Shown in pieces: positions 1 through 14,300 of a stretch of 64,000 nucleotides of DNA. Source of the DNA: Schizochytrium sp. TIO01 (Eukaryota > Protista > Bigyra: Labyrinthulomycetes). Both the position numbers and the translations under genes were made by a program. The notes under the pieces are model-generated. The model did no database searches. It saw only the letters and a list, made by a program, of their open reading frames with translations, and was not told the DNA's origin. Each line of letters opens with the position of its first letter. Position 1 is the first letter of the stretch. The stretch is taken from positions 7,286,483-7,350,482 of the forward strand of contig SMSO01000032.1 of NCBI GenBank assembly GCA_004764695.1, read 5' to 3'.

Positions 1-1051
1 AGCCCTCGAAAGGTGTTGCGGAGTTACGAAACTACTATTACTATTCTTATCAATTGTAATGATTGAAACTTACAAATGGTTTGCCCACAGTAAGTGGCCA
101 TTCAATTTCAAAAGCCGCCTTAAATTAGATGATTTAATATCTACTCTTTTCTATGAAACAAGCAGAGGAGTTCTTCGACATTATTCCTTTGTCAGATCCT
201 GAGCTAATGACGATAATGTTTCAGGGCAGGTCTAAATTTAAACAAAGGTACCTTTATTAATTGCCCGCCATTTCCAGGCTTAAGCTCTGGTTATTAAGTA
301 GAAGAGCAACTGCGCTCGCACACTTACTGTATACATAGTGAAAGTTATAGGCGTTAAATCTAGGTCAAAAACATTTCAAACAAAAGGGAACTTCTTGATA
401 GTCTTTCAAAGCTTACAAAAGGGGGAAATTTTGAAGAAAAAATTGATGAATAAAACAATTTGGAATTGTCGATGATCAATTCGGTTTGCTTTTTAAAAAT
501 ATGAAATAAAATAATTAAGTGAAATAAATAAAGAGTTAAAGAAACGAGAGCCTTTCTCCCATTTAAGGGAAGCACTGGGACTGGGGGTGTGTACATTATA
601 TGCACGATAAGATTGATTACATGGCACGCTCCATTAAAATCATCGCTATCAAGCAATCAGAAAGAAATGGCTATCGCTTTGTTCCAAGAACATTAAAAAA
701 CAACATAAAACAACTGGGGATTATTAATATGTTCTATCAGATTCTAAAGACTTATGTAATAAAGACAACTAGCTAGAGAAAACATTTTGCTCTTTTTAGT
801 TTTAAATTACTAAAATCGTTTTTAATTTGAAATACTAGAATTTGCCATAGTCGTAAAGGTGTGGTTGCGAGACTGCCTGAAGCAAGTTATTCAATAATTC
901 GTAGGTACGGTTCCGAGTGTCTAAGAAAGGTCTTTGCTTCTGTGGAAACCCGAGCGATCTCATCTGCGTGACAGCGACTTCCTCCCGTACGCCTATAGAA
1001 AGAGGCCTTTTGTTCTATCTACATCTGTCTCAGTAGTAGTAAGCAAGTAGC

Positions 1052-1094
1052 CTCACTCACTCACTCATTCTTTCACTCACTCACTCACTCACTC
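1052..1094. repeat. (CTCA)n microsatellite
   Basis: ctcactcactcactcattctttcactcactcactcactcactc. Confidence 0.9.
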
Positions 1095-1917
1095 TCATAA
1101 ATGGGGAATTGAATGGCGAGGAGAGCCTATCGCCATGCATAGATAGTCTTAGGCTCCATTCCCGAAGTCCTGCTTCTTTGAGGAAGTTTTCCTCATTCCC
1201 CATCGCTCTTTTCTGTCCTCAAAGCCAACACTCTTTCCCTAGAGCATCGGCTATGTAAGTTTGCATCTCTTGCAAGTCCATTGTAAATACGACAGAACAA
1301 GTGGGTAGGCATGGATGGGGAGGTAGGGAGGTGCCTCGCCCCGTCGTCAACGAAGCTAAGCATAACGTGGCTGCTGCAATTGCTGTCTAAGTACGCGCAG
1401 AGGAGCGGAGCAGATAAGTCCGCCATTTCGAAAGCGCTCTTCGCTTCAGCCTTTGTTTGTTTGATACGAAAGAAAGGAATCTGAGTTGGTTCGTTTGGTC
1501 TCGGAAGTGTACTTTGTTGCAGTCCGGCTAGTTTGTTGGAAGAAGTATGTGAGGGGAGCTGAAAGACACAAGGGGATATTGAATACTGGGGGTCGTTGTG
1601 GGAAGTGCTAAAGTGCGAGGCCCTGCGCTAGTGACTTCACAAGAGGAGGCTTCGTGCGTTCTTTTCATCTCCCCAGAGTCTAGGGAACTCGCGCCTGACT
1701 TTCTATTGGCTGGAAGAGCTCGTCTCGCTTATCCGCGATGCCATGCCAAGTCGGCTCAGAACGACATCGATGACCTCTTCGGGTTGCCGCTATAAGCTAT
1801 TATGGAATCGAGGGAGAGCGCCCTTCGCGGTAGGATGGTTTCAGAAAAGGCTTCCTCGTGAGGCTTGGCATTCCTCGTTGACGATTGTTCATATCATACT
1901 TGGGTACGTACTGGGTA

Positions 1918-1964
1918 CTACCTACATACCTACCTACCTACCTACCTACCTACCTATCTACCTA
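1918..1964. repeat. (CTAC)n microsatellite
   Basis: Imperfect tacc/ctac run of about 11 units. Confidence 0.9.
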
Positions 1965-3548
1965 ATAAGATGGACTCTATGTCTGCCATGATGGAAAAGG
2001 AAAGTGGAGCCTGTAGTGATCCTTCAAGCTGTAACAAAATCTTGGGGCAAAGAAAAAGACTCGCTGATTAATTAGCTTAGAGAGGTTTTTGTTGTAATGG
2101 CCAATCTCTCAGCTGAGTCTTCTAAATGTCAATCTGGTGCTTTTATAAAAGTTGGATTGACATATCTATCCAATTTAGCAGCGATGATGCTCTGGCTTAG
2201 AATTAAATGGTATTGTGAATCACAGTGCAAACTGACGCAGGGACATGTGAGCTAGTATTTTCGATGTATGAATGGTTCACTGCAGATCAAAAAGATAGCG
2301 GGAACTTCAAAGATCTCAACCACCTTGCAACGCGAAGAACTCACATTAAAGCCTGGATTTAATATCGAAAGCGTTCGAGGAATTTCTGTGTGATTCTGTG
2401 ATGCTGTTCATTTGCATTTCTATGTTTCATTAAAAACTTCTTGATAGATTGCTAATAGTCATTTGACCTATTTCAGATTCCTGCGAAAATGTACTAGATC
2501 TTCCTCCAAAAGTTGCGCAGGGCCAAGATCAAATATTAATTCTCTACTCAACACAATCCAGACTCGCTACGATCTTAGAGGAACAAAAGCTTGCCTTAAC
2601 ATATTATCTCCTATGTTGTTGTATTCAGAAGGTATCTAGGTATTTGTACATCGAACGAAAAAGGTTCTACAGATTTTAATCCAGTTTAACGAAAATATAT
2701 ACAAAAGCATAAGATTCCTGCCACATACTTATGTATGCAATATTAAAAAAAGAGAAACTAGGGAGGAGCGTTTGTTATGTCGGCAGTACGAATAAAAGAC
2801 TCAATAATTGACGGACCACAAGTTGAAGGCATCTATACCATCTGGCTATTGAGGGATTATTTAATTATCTTACTCTTTTTTAATTGAAAGGATTGCTTCC
2901 CACTTATAAAGCCTGGAGCGCGTTTGTCCGCGTTCATTGAATGGTATAATTGCCCTATCGAATGAATACCTAGCTGGAACTTTGGAGAAGAAAGAGCCTC
3001 GTACAGCAAGTGCGCACTACTATATGCATAACCAATCAGATGAAGAAGCATTTCTAGACTGGGGCCCGGCATTGCGACCACTAGTGTGGACCAAGTGTAA
3101 CACACAAGAAGGGTCGACTCGCTCCTGGACGATGTCCTTTTCTTTGCACCCACCCGTCATAATGTCGGCGAAGGGAATTGCACCATTCACCATTGCAACC
3201 CCTGACTCGGTAGCTTTGTACAGTGCTATAATACATCTGACGACGACTCAATAACCTACCCCACCTTTCCACTCTATCCAAAGCTTGATGAGCACCTATC
3301 CAATGGCTGGTTCAAGGAAATAAACTTTTCTGTCTCGTCATCATTTCATTTTCATAGAGGCATCAATACGAATACTTTATGAAAAGCAAAGAAAAAGAAA
3401 ACATAATAAGAAGCATCTACTCATTGTTTGTTCTGCGTGGCGCAACCCCATCATTTAATCGTCGGCGTGTTGCACTGGGGCAATTCACTTCGAGTGCACT
3501 GCCGTCAAGGTGCCAAACTCAAAGCTATTTGTAAAGCAGCAACTAACA

Positions 3549-3574
3549 TAGCTAGCTAGCTAGCTAGCTAGCTA
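3549..3574. repeat. (TAGC)n self-complementary microsatellite
   Basis: tagctagctagctagctagctagcta. Confidence 0.9.
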
Positions 3575-3687
3575 CTCCCTTTCGACTTTCGAGAATGAAT
3601 AGAGGAGCCCCGACACTAGGTAGGGTACCTGCCTTCTATGATGTTTTGCGGTAAATGTTCATAATTAACATTTAAAATTCGCTTAAT

Positions 3688-3728
3688 AGTAAAATAACAT
3701 TATGAAAAGTAAAATAACATTATGAAAA
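3688..3728. repeat. 20-bp tandem duplication
   Basis: agtaaaataacattatgaaa present twice in tandem. Confidence 0.9.
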
Positions 3729-6700
3729 ACATTCTTAAAAAAAAGAGTATAAAATAGATGTGATCAGCTAAGTAAGCTACTCTCACAGGCTGCCTAGTCC
3801 TCAAAGCCCTCTTACTTGGGTAAAATTTCAAGTAGAAATGTGTTACTTGGAGGCCACAGCAGGAGCTGGAAGACAAAGACTGCTACTACTATAAAGACGT
3901 AGGCAAGAGCGTTCCTAAAGGATAGAGAATACAATGAATACTGAAAACGACGCCTTTTTCTCTAAAAGGGAAGATATGATAGGTAACAAGCTGCCTAGGA
4001 GTAGTCATGGAAGCACTTAGGAATATTAAATCATTAATCACAGGCACGAATGCGAACGTGCTTGCTCTCAGACTGCAAAACAAGATGGAGCCCCATCGAT
4101 GGAGCGGATGCAAACTCAAACGGTTTGGAAGCCATGCCTATTATTGGTTCGAAAATTGTATATGCAAAAAGTCACATCATTTGCAGACGAAGCAATGAAT
4201 GGATGGTGTTCCCTTCATTATAGTGCTGCTTACTTATAGGTAGGTAGGTACCTATGTATTCTCAGAGCAAGTCTTAGCAAGAGGCTCCCAAATTTGCATT
4301 TGAGTGCACACCATGCCATGTCTTTATGCTATGCCCAGTTTGATCAGAGAAGATTTAATCTGCTAGGTCCTAAGTATTCTTCTGCATGAAACGAGGAGCC
4401 TGGTGGAGGAAGGATCGCAGGTCTATTGAGCTCACTTAAGAGCCAAACCACTTCACCACCACTCGTGCCGACCCCACATCGGAGATTAATGGTCGAAGCA
4501 AATACACATGATGATTCCATGATTTCCCCAGAAAAGTATACGTAAGTTCAAGTGGGGATTCACTGATGACCATGGTAGTTCTTTTAGCAAGCATTGTTGT
4601 TGATATACATATATATATATATATACACTTGCAGTTTTTCCGTATTCCCGGGCAGCCAAAAGAACTTGATAATCATGACGCTTCTGCCATTGGCAAAAGC
4701 CCATCATAATTGAGGGGGCGCGGGCGGCGAGGTCGAACGGAAACGTATAAAGAATCTAATCTCATTTCGAAGAGCGTTTGCAGAATGCTGTGTTCAAGCC
4801 ACGTGCACATTGGCGAGCAATGTAGCTAACTCATTACGAGCAGATATGAAGCCCGATGTCGGAACAAAAAGTAATCTTACTTCATGAGCTATAGGTCATT
4901 AGGTGTCCACTTGCTGGTAATATACAGAAAATATGCAGAAAGAACAAGACGAATCGTGGCCTGCCACAAAACTTCTCTGGGGCAGCTGACTTTGAGTTCG
5001 ATGTTCACTCATTGGCATGAACTTACACAGGTTCAATTGGGCTCTGCGTACCAACATATTTGTGAGATGATGACTATGCCTAGAAACCCACAAAGCCAAC
5101 CCGCTGGATATCTTCCGCAGCTTTGTAAATCTCTTTTCAACTGAGCTAGTGACACGTTTCGTCGCAGATTTTGGGCAAAAGTCAGCAAGAAGTCTCCCCT
5201 CCCCATTACCGGCTTTCAATTAAACTTCATGGGTGAAAGGAAAATTGGTTATTATCTTTTTAAAAATTAATTCATCAAAAAATACTAAATAGATAAAACT
5301 AATTTGAAACGAGTGAAAAGAAAACAAGGGGAAAAGGAAATATCAAGATTCATAGAGTAGTAGAGATAAAGTTTACCCGCTCTTGTGTATAAACTACATC
5401 AGCACCGAAGGAAACTCGCTGCAATGCCTGCCTAGTAAAGGTAACCTGAGTAGTTTAGAATCTAATCCAGTGCTTCTTTTTCTTCCTGCTTCAAGAAAGT
5501 TACAAGAGTGATAATGATTGATTACCTACTATGAATACTTTTGGGCACTTTCACCTCTTTTCCCCAAAGACACCATCATCATGCAGAAACGCATATGGCG
5601 CAATGCAGTGACTTGAGTACCTACTTTCAAAAGGCTAAGGAACGGGTCAATACCACCAAGTGCTTGGCTGTGGTCCTTCAGAAAGAAGAAAGGGATATTA
5701 AAAGCTTCGAAGTACTTTCACATTATCCAAAACTAAAGAAATTTTTATTGCTTGGGAGCTTATATACTATGAGATCAACAAGACTTGAAAATTTGGGAGG
5801 AAGGAAGCCATATTCAACTTCAGCTTCGCGACTTTAATAGAAGCATCGAAATAAGCATTTGACGACACTCGATTAGCTCAGCAAACTTTGCGTCCTGGTC
5901 TTCATCACAGCATACGATGCAGTGGTAGAGACAGATTATGGAAGGAATTGTTCAGAGTTAATATCATCAAGATTAGCTCAGTACGCCTGCCTACACATAG
6001 GTACCACGATTGTGAAGTGCTACTAATACTACTGCTGCTAGTAGTAGACATGTATATCTGGGAGCGGGTTCTATGGCGACATAAGTTCTCATTCATTCTC
6101 TCATCATTATCCGCTGAGAATGCTTTGCAAGATTTGCAAATTATGACTTTACCAAGAAAGCTTCCATTGCGATTGTGACTGTTTGATTTCTTCATCTTCT
6201 CCAATCTCTACGTCTTCTACCTACCTGGGTATTTTCTTTCCCAGAATTGATTGTGCGGCAGCCCTAACTTGAGCTGAGGAGATCGACTCGTCATTCTTGC
6301 TATTATAATTGCGTGAAGCTAGTGTAGTGTCAGCATGCCTGAATAGCCACTCCTTCAGCGTCTTCGACACCATGGATTGTGGTAGGTACCTGGCAATTGC
6401 ATTTGCCCCAATCGCTCCAAACCAGGGCTGCTAGTTCCATCGTGCTCCAGAGTTGGTTTCCCTTTCTACCTATAGATAGAGAACTCCAAGATTGGTACCA
6501 ATATCTTTCAGAGCAAGCAAGAATGTCAAGAATAGCTAGCTATGAAGCGCTCCAGACCCCTCCACGAAGCCGAACGTCGTGTAGGAAGCCCTTGAGACTG
6601 AGCTTAACCCATCGGCGAACTTTACTACTCCGCAAGGTAGCGTGGCTAGCTACCATTTTACATTTTTGCAAGGCATGAATGAAAGCTTTGCTGTGAAAGT

Positions 6701-7011
6701 CGCCCTCTTCCACAATGCATATATGTATCTCTCTGCTTTTGGTGCGAGCGAGTCCTCGTAATTCCAATTGTTCCTGTTTCTATCTCCGCTTTCCCCAGGG
6801 CCCGCACGCGCACCTTCCCCAGATGACTTAGTCTGCTTCGGCTCCTCGCTGCGACCTCGGAGCCGCTGCTTTGTTCTGGCGGGCGTGCTGCTATTGGTGT
6901 GCGCCACCATCATCGCAGGCAGAGGCGAGAACCACCCAATCAATGCACTCAAGTCCTCGCGAAGAATGTCCAAGTTCGCCATTAATCCATTCGTCCTGGC
7001 CTCTCGACTTG

Positions 7012-7113
7012 TGCTTTGCTGTGCTTTGCTTTGCTTTACTTTGCTTTGCTTTGCTTTGCTTTGCTTTGCTTTGCTTTGCTTTACTTTGCTTTACTTTGCT
7101 TTGCTGTGCTTTG
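7012..7113. repeat. (CTTTG)n pentanucleotide microsatellite
   Basis: About 20 units of gcttt/acttt; it generates the spurious ALLCF and KAKQS ORFs. Confidence 0.95.
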
Positions 7114-10100
7114 ATCTCCGGCTGAGAACGATTTACGTCTTCGAGCAGCACCGCACGAGTTATTCATCCGTCTCCGACTTCTTCGTCTTCTTCGCGCTCG
7201 TGGATGTTCAGAGGAGTGAAGGAAACTGGCGTCGACCTCAAGTGAGGTGAATCAAGAAGCAGGCAGACTCAGGCACAAGATCTTCAGATCGATCGGCACT
7301 GACGTCGATTTGATATTGCAATTGCCGACTTGCTCCACGATCCCAAGCTCGCCAAGCCCGTGCCAAGCCCGTGCAATTCAGGCTCGCCGCAGGAACTCAG
7401 TGCAGGAATCAATTCACTTAACTCAGTCCGTGGGATGGGTGGATGCCAGCGGGACGAGACGAGACGAACCCAAAGACCTTGGGCGGAGCGGTGCAGCGCT
7501 GATGGCCAAGACCTTCTTCCGCTACAGGTGCGGTGCGCGTGCAGGCACGGGAGCTCACGTACGCACGTGTAGAAAGAGACTCATGACAACTGAGAATTTC
7601 GAGGCGCTTGCCGACCCCGAAGGATGATTTCTCCTGGGGATCTCCAGACAAGCCCAGTTCGACGCTGGTGAGCCATCCATCCACCATCGGTGAATGCGTA
7701 TCAATCGTGCGTACAAAACCGAGCCAGCAGGCCTTCTCGCCAAGGCTTCAGCAGACAAGCTTAGGCGTTAAATAAATCAAGCAAAGGCAACAACGCAGCA
7801 GATCGGAGCCCAAATAAATATTCTGAGATCCCTAAGCTCAGTTACTGACATCTTGAAAATGTGCGGCCACGCTTGTGGCGGGCGAGAATGGCGCTGGAGA
7901 CAAGAATAAATCAGTGAATCAACAGATCAATGAATCAACAAATCATGAAACATGAAAGATGCATCAAATGAATGAATGAATGAATGAATAAATAAATGCT
8001 CAGCGGGTTTTGCAGATCTTTGTTCGTCAATTCTTTGGAGGCGGATTCAAGACAGCGGGCGAGCGAGTTTGCCTTAATTTACATGAATTGCTTTGCGGCG
8101 AATGAAGCCGAATGTGAAGTTGAAGTCGTCGATGCCAGTCTGTGCAGAAACTGCCTTTTCCTGCGGTAGTGCAATTCGAGGCGCCAAGCTAAAACCTTGC
8201 TTGCAATGTCTCATTGCGGACCATCCTATGGTAACCGTGATTTGTGGCGCTCGCTTCGTAGCGCGCTCTGGAAGTCGCCCGATCCGTGGGTGAACGCCGC
8301 TGGCCGAAGTTGCCCCATCGGCTGAGTGAGTTCTTCTTCCCCGGCCACGGAGGGTCTTCTGCTCTGCTGTTTTCCATCATCGGGTCTATCGAGATGACTT
8401 TTGTGATAGCTGAGGAAATGAGAATGGAACTGGTCATGGGAGATCGTGATCACAGTGAATGAAAAGCAGTAATGTAGTGTAGTTTAGTGTAGCTTTTCGT
8501 TCTTCTGGGCTCTGGTTGGATGAATTTGGGTCGACCTGTATGGAAGCTCGTCCTCCTTTTGTCCTTCCATCTTTGCAGCGCTGGGGTCTTCCCGTCGTAG
8601 AGTTGTGCAGGAAGGCGTGCAGCCTCCGAAGCATCGAAATCTTGCGCTCAGCAGCGCTGCTGCAGCAATAAGCAATACAATGGAATGAATGACGCCTCTT
8701 AGTTATCCTGTGGTGGATACTGGAGACGCTTTTGAAAAGGACAGATCAAACCGATTGCTGAAGAGAGCTGGTCAATAAGATCTTCTGCCGAAGGTGACAA
8801 GTCGGCGCTGCATCAGTTTGGTTTGTTTTAGTTTCTGTGTGACTCCGTTCGTCAATCTCTGAATACGAATGAGGCTGTTTGGGGCGAATTCCAGTTTTCA
8901 TTTCATTTTGGGTTACTTTAGGTGATGAAATTGTTCTATTTATCTTTTTTTTTTTTTTTTTTTTTCTCCGATTTTTTTTCCTAATTATAACAATAACAAA
9001 ATATGATTGGTTCCCTTCTCAGATTCTACTGCATAAATGGCTTTTATTAGCTATAACTTATTTTCATAACAAAGCAACGAAATAAAGACGGAAAGAGCTT
9101 GGTAGAAATGAAGGAAGAATGAAAAAGAAAAGTAAAAAATCCTCTCTTTGTTAATACAAAAGTGTTTTCGAGAAACTTTTAAACCATGAAAAAATGTAGG
9201 ACTTGACAGTGCTTTGCAACGAGAGCTTTGTTCGCTTTTCTCCTTCAGTGTTTGCGGCAGTGATAGAGAGATCTTAAATAATACCAAACTTCTCTTTCTT
9301 TTGTTCGAACTTCTTTAATCCCCCGGAAAGGATTAGAGACAAAGTCGGGTCTTTTACATAAATATATTTTAAATTTACTGATTCGAAGGAAATGCGAGGA
9401 AAAAGAGAGAGAGAGAAAGCAAATGCATTTTTTTTTTCCTTTTACTCCCCATATTCTTTTCTTTGGAAATGCGAAATGCTGTTCCTCTTGGATTTGGGCT
9501 GAAAAGGGGGAAACAAAGAAACAACTCTGAAAGTTAATTGCTAAAGCCAAAGTTTACAAATTGAGCACTGGAAATCTTCGCGGCAAGGTGCGTTCGTCTA
9601 AAACTAGCTCAGAAGTATCACGATGGGGAATCAATCTGTCCGCCTGACTCAAATCCCAGGCTCAAGAAGCCATCATCTCTGAATGCTTCAAACAAATTAA
9701 CGGTGATCGCGTCTGCAAACCACTCATCTGCATGATTCTAAAGCAGCCGCGTGGTGTTGTGACGTGTGGCATGGTGTCGTCATTTTTCGAGAAGCGCCTT
9801 TGCATACGTACCCACGGAGTTTCGGAACCGCAGCTTGTATTATATTCAAATGTTCTAACGGTTTTGCGCAAGGACAAGCGGATTAATTGAAGACGTCTCC
9901 TGCTATTGAGCCTAAATTAGAAATCGTGCTGCATGCTCTTGTCCAATCTGTGAGGACAATAGTACGGTTCGATCTTTTGGAGTATGCAAGAATTCGGTTG
10001 TATTGCTAAGGACGTCACACTGGAGTTGTTAGCAGTCTTTCATTTCTGTTTGGGTTAGCGGTATCCCAAAGAAACAGGATGGTAGAACTTAGAATCATGA

Positions 10101-11290
10101 TCATAAATATTCGTTAGTCACAATCCAACTTCAAGCCGCTAAAAATGGCAAATCATCTAAACGAAACAAGAAGCTAATTTTACTCTGCAAATGCTTCAAT
10201 TGCAGTCTTCAAGCCTTTTCAAATTATTATTTTATCATCCTGCTAGATGGAGTCTCTGTTGTGAGCTTTCGTATCTAAGTTGGGTCGTTCGCTTTGTCCC
10301 TCCTAAAGATCATCCACATGAGCCAAGTGAAGGTCAAGTTTCCTTAAAACTCGGGAAAGTACACGCGCAATGGAAGATCTCTTTGTATGGCCATGAAGAA
10401 ACCGAGGTCCGAGCCCGAATCTTCGAATTTCGATACAGCCGTCCCTTTGATAGACCTGATTGACTCGCTCTGCACAGATGGCGTCCCTAAACCAAAGTAC
10501 CTACCAACCAAAGGACACGGTGTCGCAGACTAGCCGATGGTTCCGACATTTCTAGCAGCCAGGGAAGCTAGTTAGCTCGCTCAATGACTGTCTTTCACGC
10601 TATTTTGATGGTCTTTCATTTGATTGCTGTAAGGACCGCCGTTGGCTCCGACGTTGCCTCGGTGTCGCAGACAGGCTCGCGGCGTCCCAATCAGTCTACT
10701 ACCTAACAGCAGAAGTATTGGAGGCTAAGCGGAAACGAATTGTTTTCGCTCCGAATATAGTCATGAGAGCCATCGATCGACACGATGAAAGTCTTCTCAG
10801 GTCTTCTTGTGAAGTCTTTAATTCCCACCTTTAGACAGACGAAAAGTGCGACCTTGCATAATAGATAGTTTTTCTTTTTCTTAGCCGTCAGGGAGCACCC
10901 CAAATCTTCTCGTGCAGAAATACGAGCGACGAGCCAAATACTTCTTAGTTCCGGAGCTCTGGGAGGTGGGTATACTCGCAGGCGTTGCATCGTTGATTGG
11001 CTCAAGCACGAGAGACACTCACTCGCAGAGGGTTGACGCTGTTCAACTCTACCTTCACTTCGGTTGAGGATCGAAGTCACCATCAAAGTTTCCGTCTATT
11101 AGTTACGTACCTTCTTCTACTATGCATATCCTAGGGTTGCAAGCTCGCTTGCGCACACCTATTCATGGGTGCCCCAGTACGGGTTGGTCGAATGTTCTGC
11201 ACGAGCCGAGCCAATAGACGAGGACAAGAATTCATTTTGGAAAGGGGCAAGGGACGGAGTGCATAGGAACAAATTGGCTTTATAATCTTT

Positions 11291-11385
11291 CATTGATTGA
11301 TTGATTCATTCAGCTTGATTCATATTCATATTCATACATTCATATTCATACATTCATATTCATACATTCATTCATTCATTTATTC
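11291..11385. repeat. Compound (GATT)/(ATTCAT)/(ATTC) microsatellite
   Basis: Visible imperfect repeats. Confidence 0.8.
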
Positions 11386-14300
11386 ATTAATTGCTTCGTT
11401 TGAGCAGACAATCAACCAGGCACCCATGGTGATGCCTGTCTTCCAAGGGAGTTCCACGCTCTCCATGCCAGGCTTCTCCAGCAGCTGCAGCATTCAGGGC
11501 CACACGACTGATTGACTGCAAACCGTACTAAAATGGGCGTTGTTTGTTCAATTCATTGGTTGAATGGCTCAAGCGACGCATCTCAGCAACTCGCATTTAT
11601 TATCATCGAGTTACCGAAACCTTGCAATGTCAGCAGCGATATCAGGCTCAAGGAAGAGGCGACTGAGGATTGAGAGTTTTACCATACATTCCTAATATCA
11701 TAGATAGAGTGTCAACGCCAAATGAGTAGTAAATATTACATTGCTTTTCTTTTAAAATAGTAATGTGGGCGGCGTGAGGGAAGTAAATACTGCAGCGTAT
11801 GCTTAAAAGTGGAAATAGAGAGAGATTACGAGCAGCCCCAAAGCGCCAAGTTCGGCCGCAGCGGACCCCAAAAGGGCGAGTTACTAGTAAAATATTTAGC
11901 ACGATTCATCATGCTTTATGACAGGGTGAAAGAAAACGAGCTAGAGCAGGAGATACCAAGTTTTTATTTTACATTGCTCTGCTGCGTTACTGCGCAGCTG
12001 CAGCGACTTGAAAACCTCGAACGATTGCGATAGCTAGTCGTATCGAGCAATGGAATTGGACACCAAGTGGGGCAAGCTTTTATCAGCTCATTAAGAAGAA
12101 AAGTATAAATAAGAGCGTGCGACCAAGTACACGACATTCCTACTTTATTGCTCTCAAGGGGAATCTGCTAATGCGAATGTTGCGTATGCTTCTACTGATT
12201 GACAGTCTTGGGAGTCTCAATATAGTGGCTTGACAAGTTTCGTCGCAAACTACATTCTTCCATGCCAATACATCTTGACTTGGAAAACCAACTTTCTGCT
12301 TTGCGCTTTGGAGCGGCCACAATAGACTTATTGATAATGCCTTTGAATCAGTAAATAAGGTGCCGAAATTTCACCTCGGAGCTTCCTCCTCAGGATTTGA
12401 TGGGGTTTCTCTTTTTCCTAAAAGAGTGAGGCAATGATCACGAAAACCAAGGAATGGGGAAGTCAGTAAGATTAATCAAACATGGTTGATTTGGCAATCG
12501 GATACATGTTTGTCTGGTAGATGTGATGTACTATAGAGTATTTTTTCGCTTTTTACGTCCTAGTCTCTGTTCAAAAGATTTCTCCTGCGAAAGAGAATAT
12601 CTCTCTAGAGTTGGTTTTGTCATGGCAAATAAAAATGGTGTGTGTGGATCCCAGTAAGAACCACTTTCTTCAAACGATCCCAGGAAAAGTGATGATGACG
12701 AAATGATTACTATAGTAATTAATCCTATTTTAGACAAGAGTCCTATCCTATCCTTATAAATAAAAGACTAGAAGCAGCGAAATAGATTGTGCGATTTGTC
12801 CTTGCCGCTCTTCCTTTAGCCTTCTTTCGTTTCTTTCATTTCTTTCATTTCTTTCAAAGAAAGACTCCTTGAACGTGCACGCAAGGTAACTCGACTGTGG
12901 AAAGGTGCTAATTTTATCAGGAAAGTAGAATGTGAGGAAGAAAGGAAGGACAACCAAAGAAGGAAGGCAGGGAATAGGGCTTCTATTCTGAAAACCCCAC
13001 GAGGCCTCTTTCCTATATCATTTTTTTTCTCACCCTTTTCCCTTGTATTTGTGATGATAAGTAAAAAAACAAAAATAAAAATGTCTTTGCGCTAGAATAA
13101 GCGGAGGAAGGAACAAATGGATGGTACGTACTTGTCATTTTTATATTAAAAAAAAAAAACAGGAGTAAAAATAACTAGTTAGCTTATTACAATTGAAACC
13201 AGTTCCCTGACAAGTTACTACGTACGTCCATAAAGCCGATTGCTTGATCTCTACGATCCCTTCCAGTTCGACATGCAGACAGGTAGATAGACTATACTAA
13301 AACTTGCTCGTCTTCTTGCCCATGCAAGTCCGCTATCTTTCATATGAGAGAAAAAGAGAGTCTCGATTCAACATACTATTCTCGTAGAGAAGCTCCCTTT
13401 TAATTGTCAAGATGGAGCACAGGAGGCCACCCACGCCAGGGCACATATGAAACGATTGCACCGTCTCTGGAAAACCTATTGAATTGTTTCCATTCGCTAG
13501 GTAGCGTCAATAATTCAAGCTACACTTCTTGAATGAAATTGTACGGGTGGGTTCCTACTACCTAGTATCGACTTGTTTAGGTGAATCAAGAGCCCCCCCC
13601 CCTGGAAAGCCTTCTGTTGTTGAATCGAAATACTTATTTTTTCATAGCTGAGCCCTCCTCACAAGATATTGGTTGGCAACAATGATTTGCAAATGTCTTT
13701 CTTCAACTCATCACTTTGATGAGTACGCAGCGCTTCTAGACTGAGAGCCCTCACAGGATGCTGCGTCGTATTGCTGACACCACCTCGTGCAATCTCGCGT
13801 GGGGATCGCAGTTTTTCACCTGGGAAACAAACATATAAAGAACATATAGAATGATTGTTGATTCCTGTGTTCAAACAGACCTTGACCGCACTCGTGAATT
13901 TCATAGCATTTTGACCGCTTGGAACAAAAGCCTGGAGTGCAGATCTAGCTCCATCGGCAAGCCTAACCACTTTACTCAATGGAAGAATAGCCCTTCTTCA
14001 TAAGATAATATAAGTCAACGAGTATATACCAAGTTGTTGGTGAGTCTTTGCTATTATTTATGGCTATTGCCATCAGAAGAAAAGAGACCTTAAGCTGGCT
14101 GCTCAAAACTCCTGGAATGGCACATTTCCCCAAAATACCATACTTATAATACTTTCGCACAGTGTATGCATTCTCCAGTTCATCTCGAGAAATGTATGGC
14201 TGGACGAAATTGGTAGGAAGCATACCTTAAGGTAGAAGATATTCAGCCATTCACTCCCTCAAAGAGCGCTTTTGCATTCCTTCAAGTTATCTTCTCATAT

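Noticed and set aside
6768-7250. 160-aa hydrophobic ORF and the antisense KAKQS-repeat ORF
   Set aside because: The open frames and apparent TM segments come from the (CTTTG)n microsatellite; TTG start and no domain
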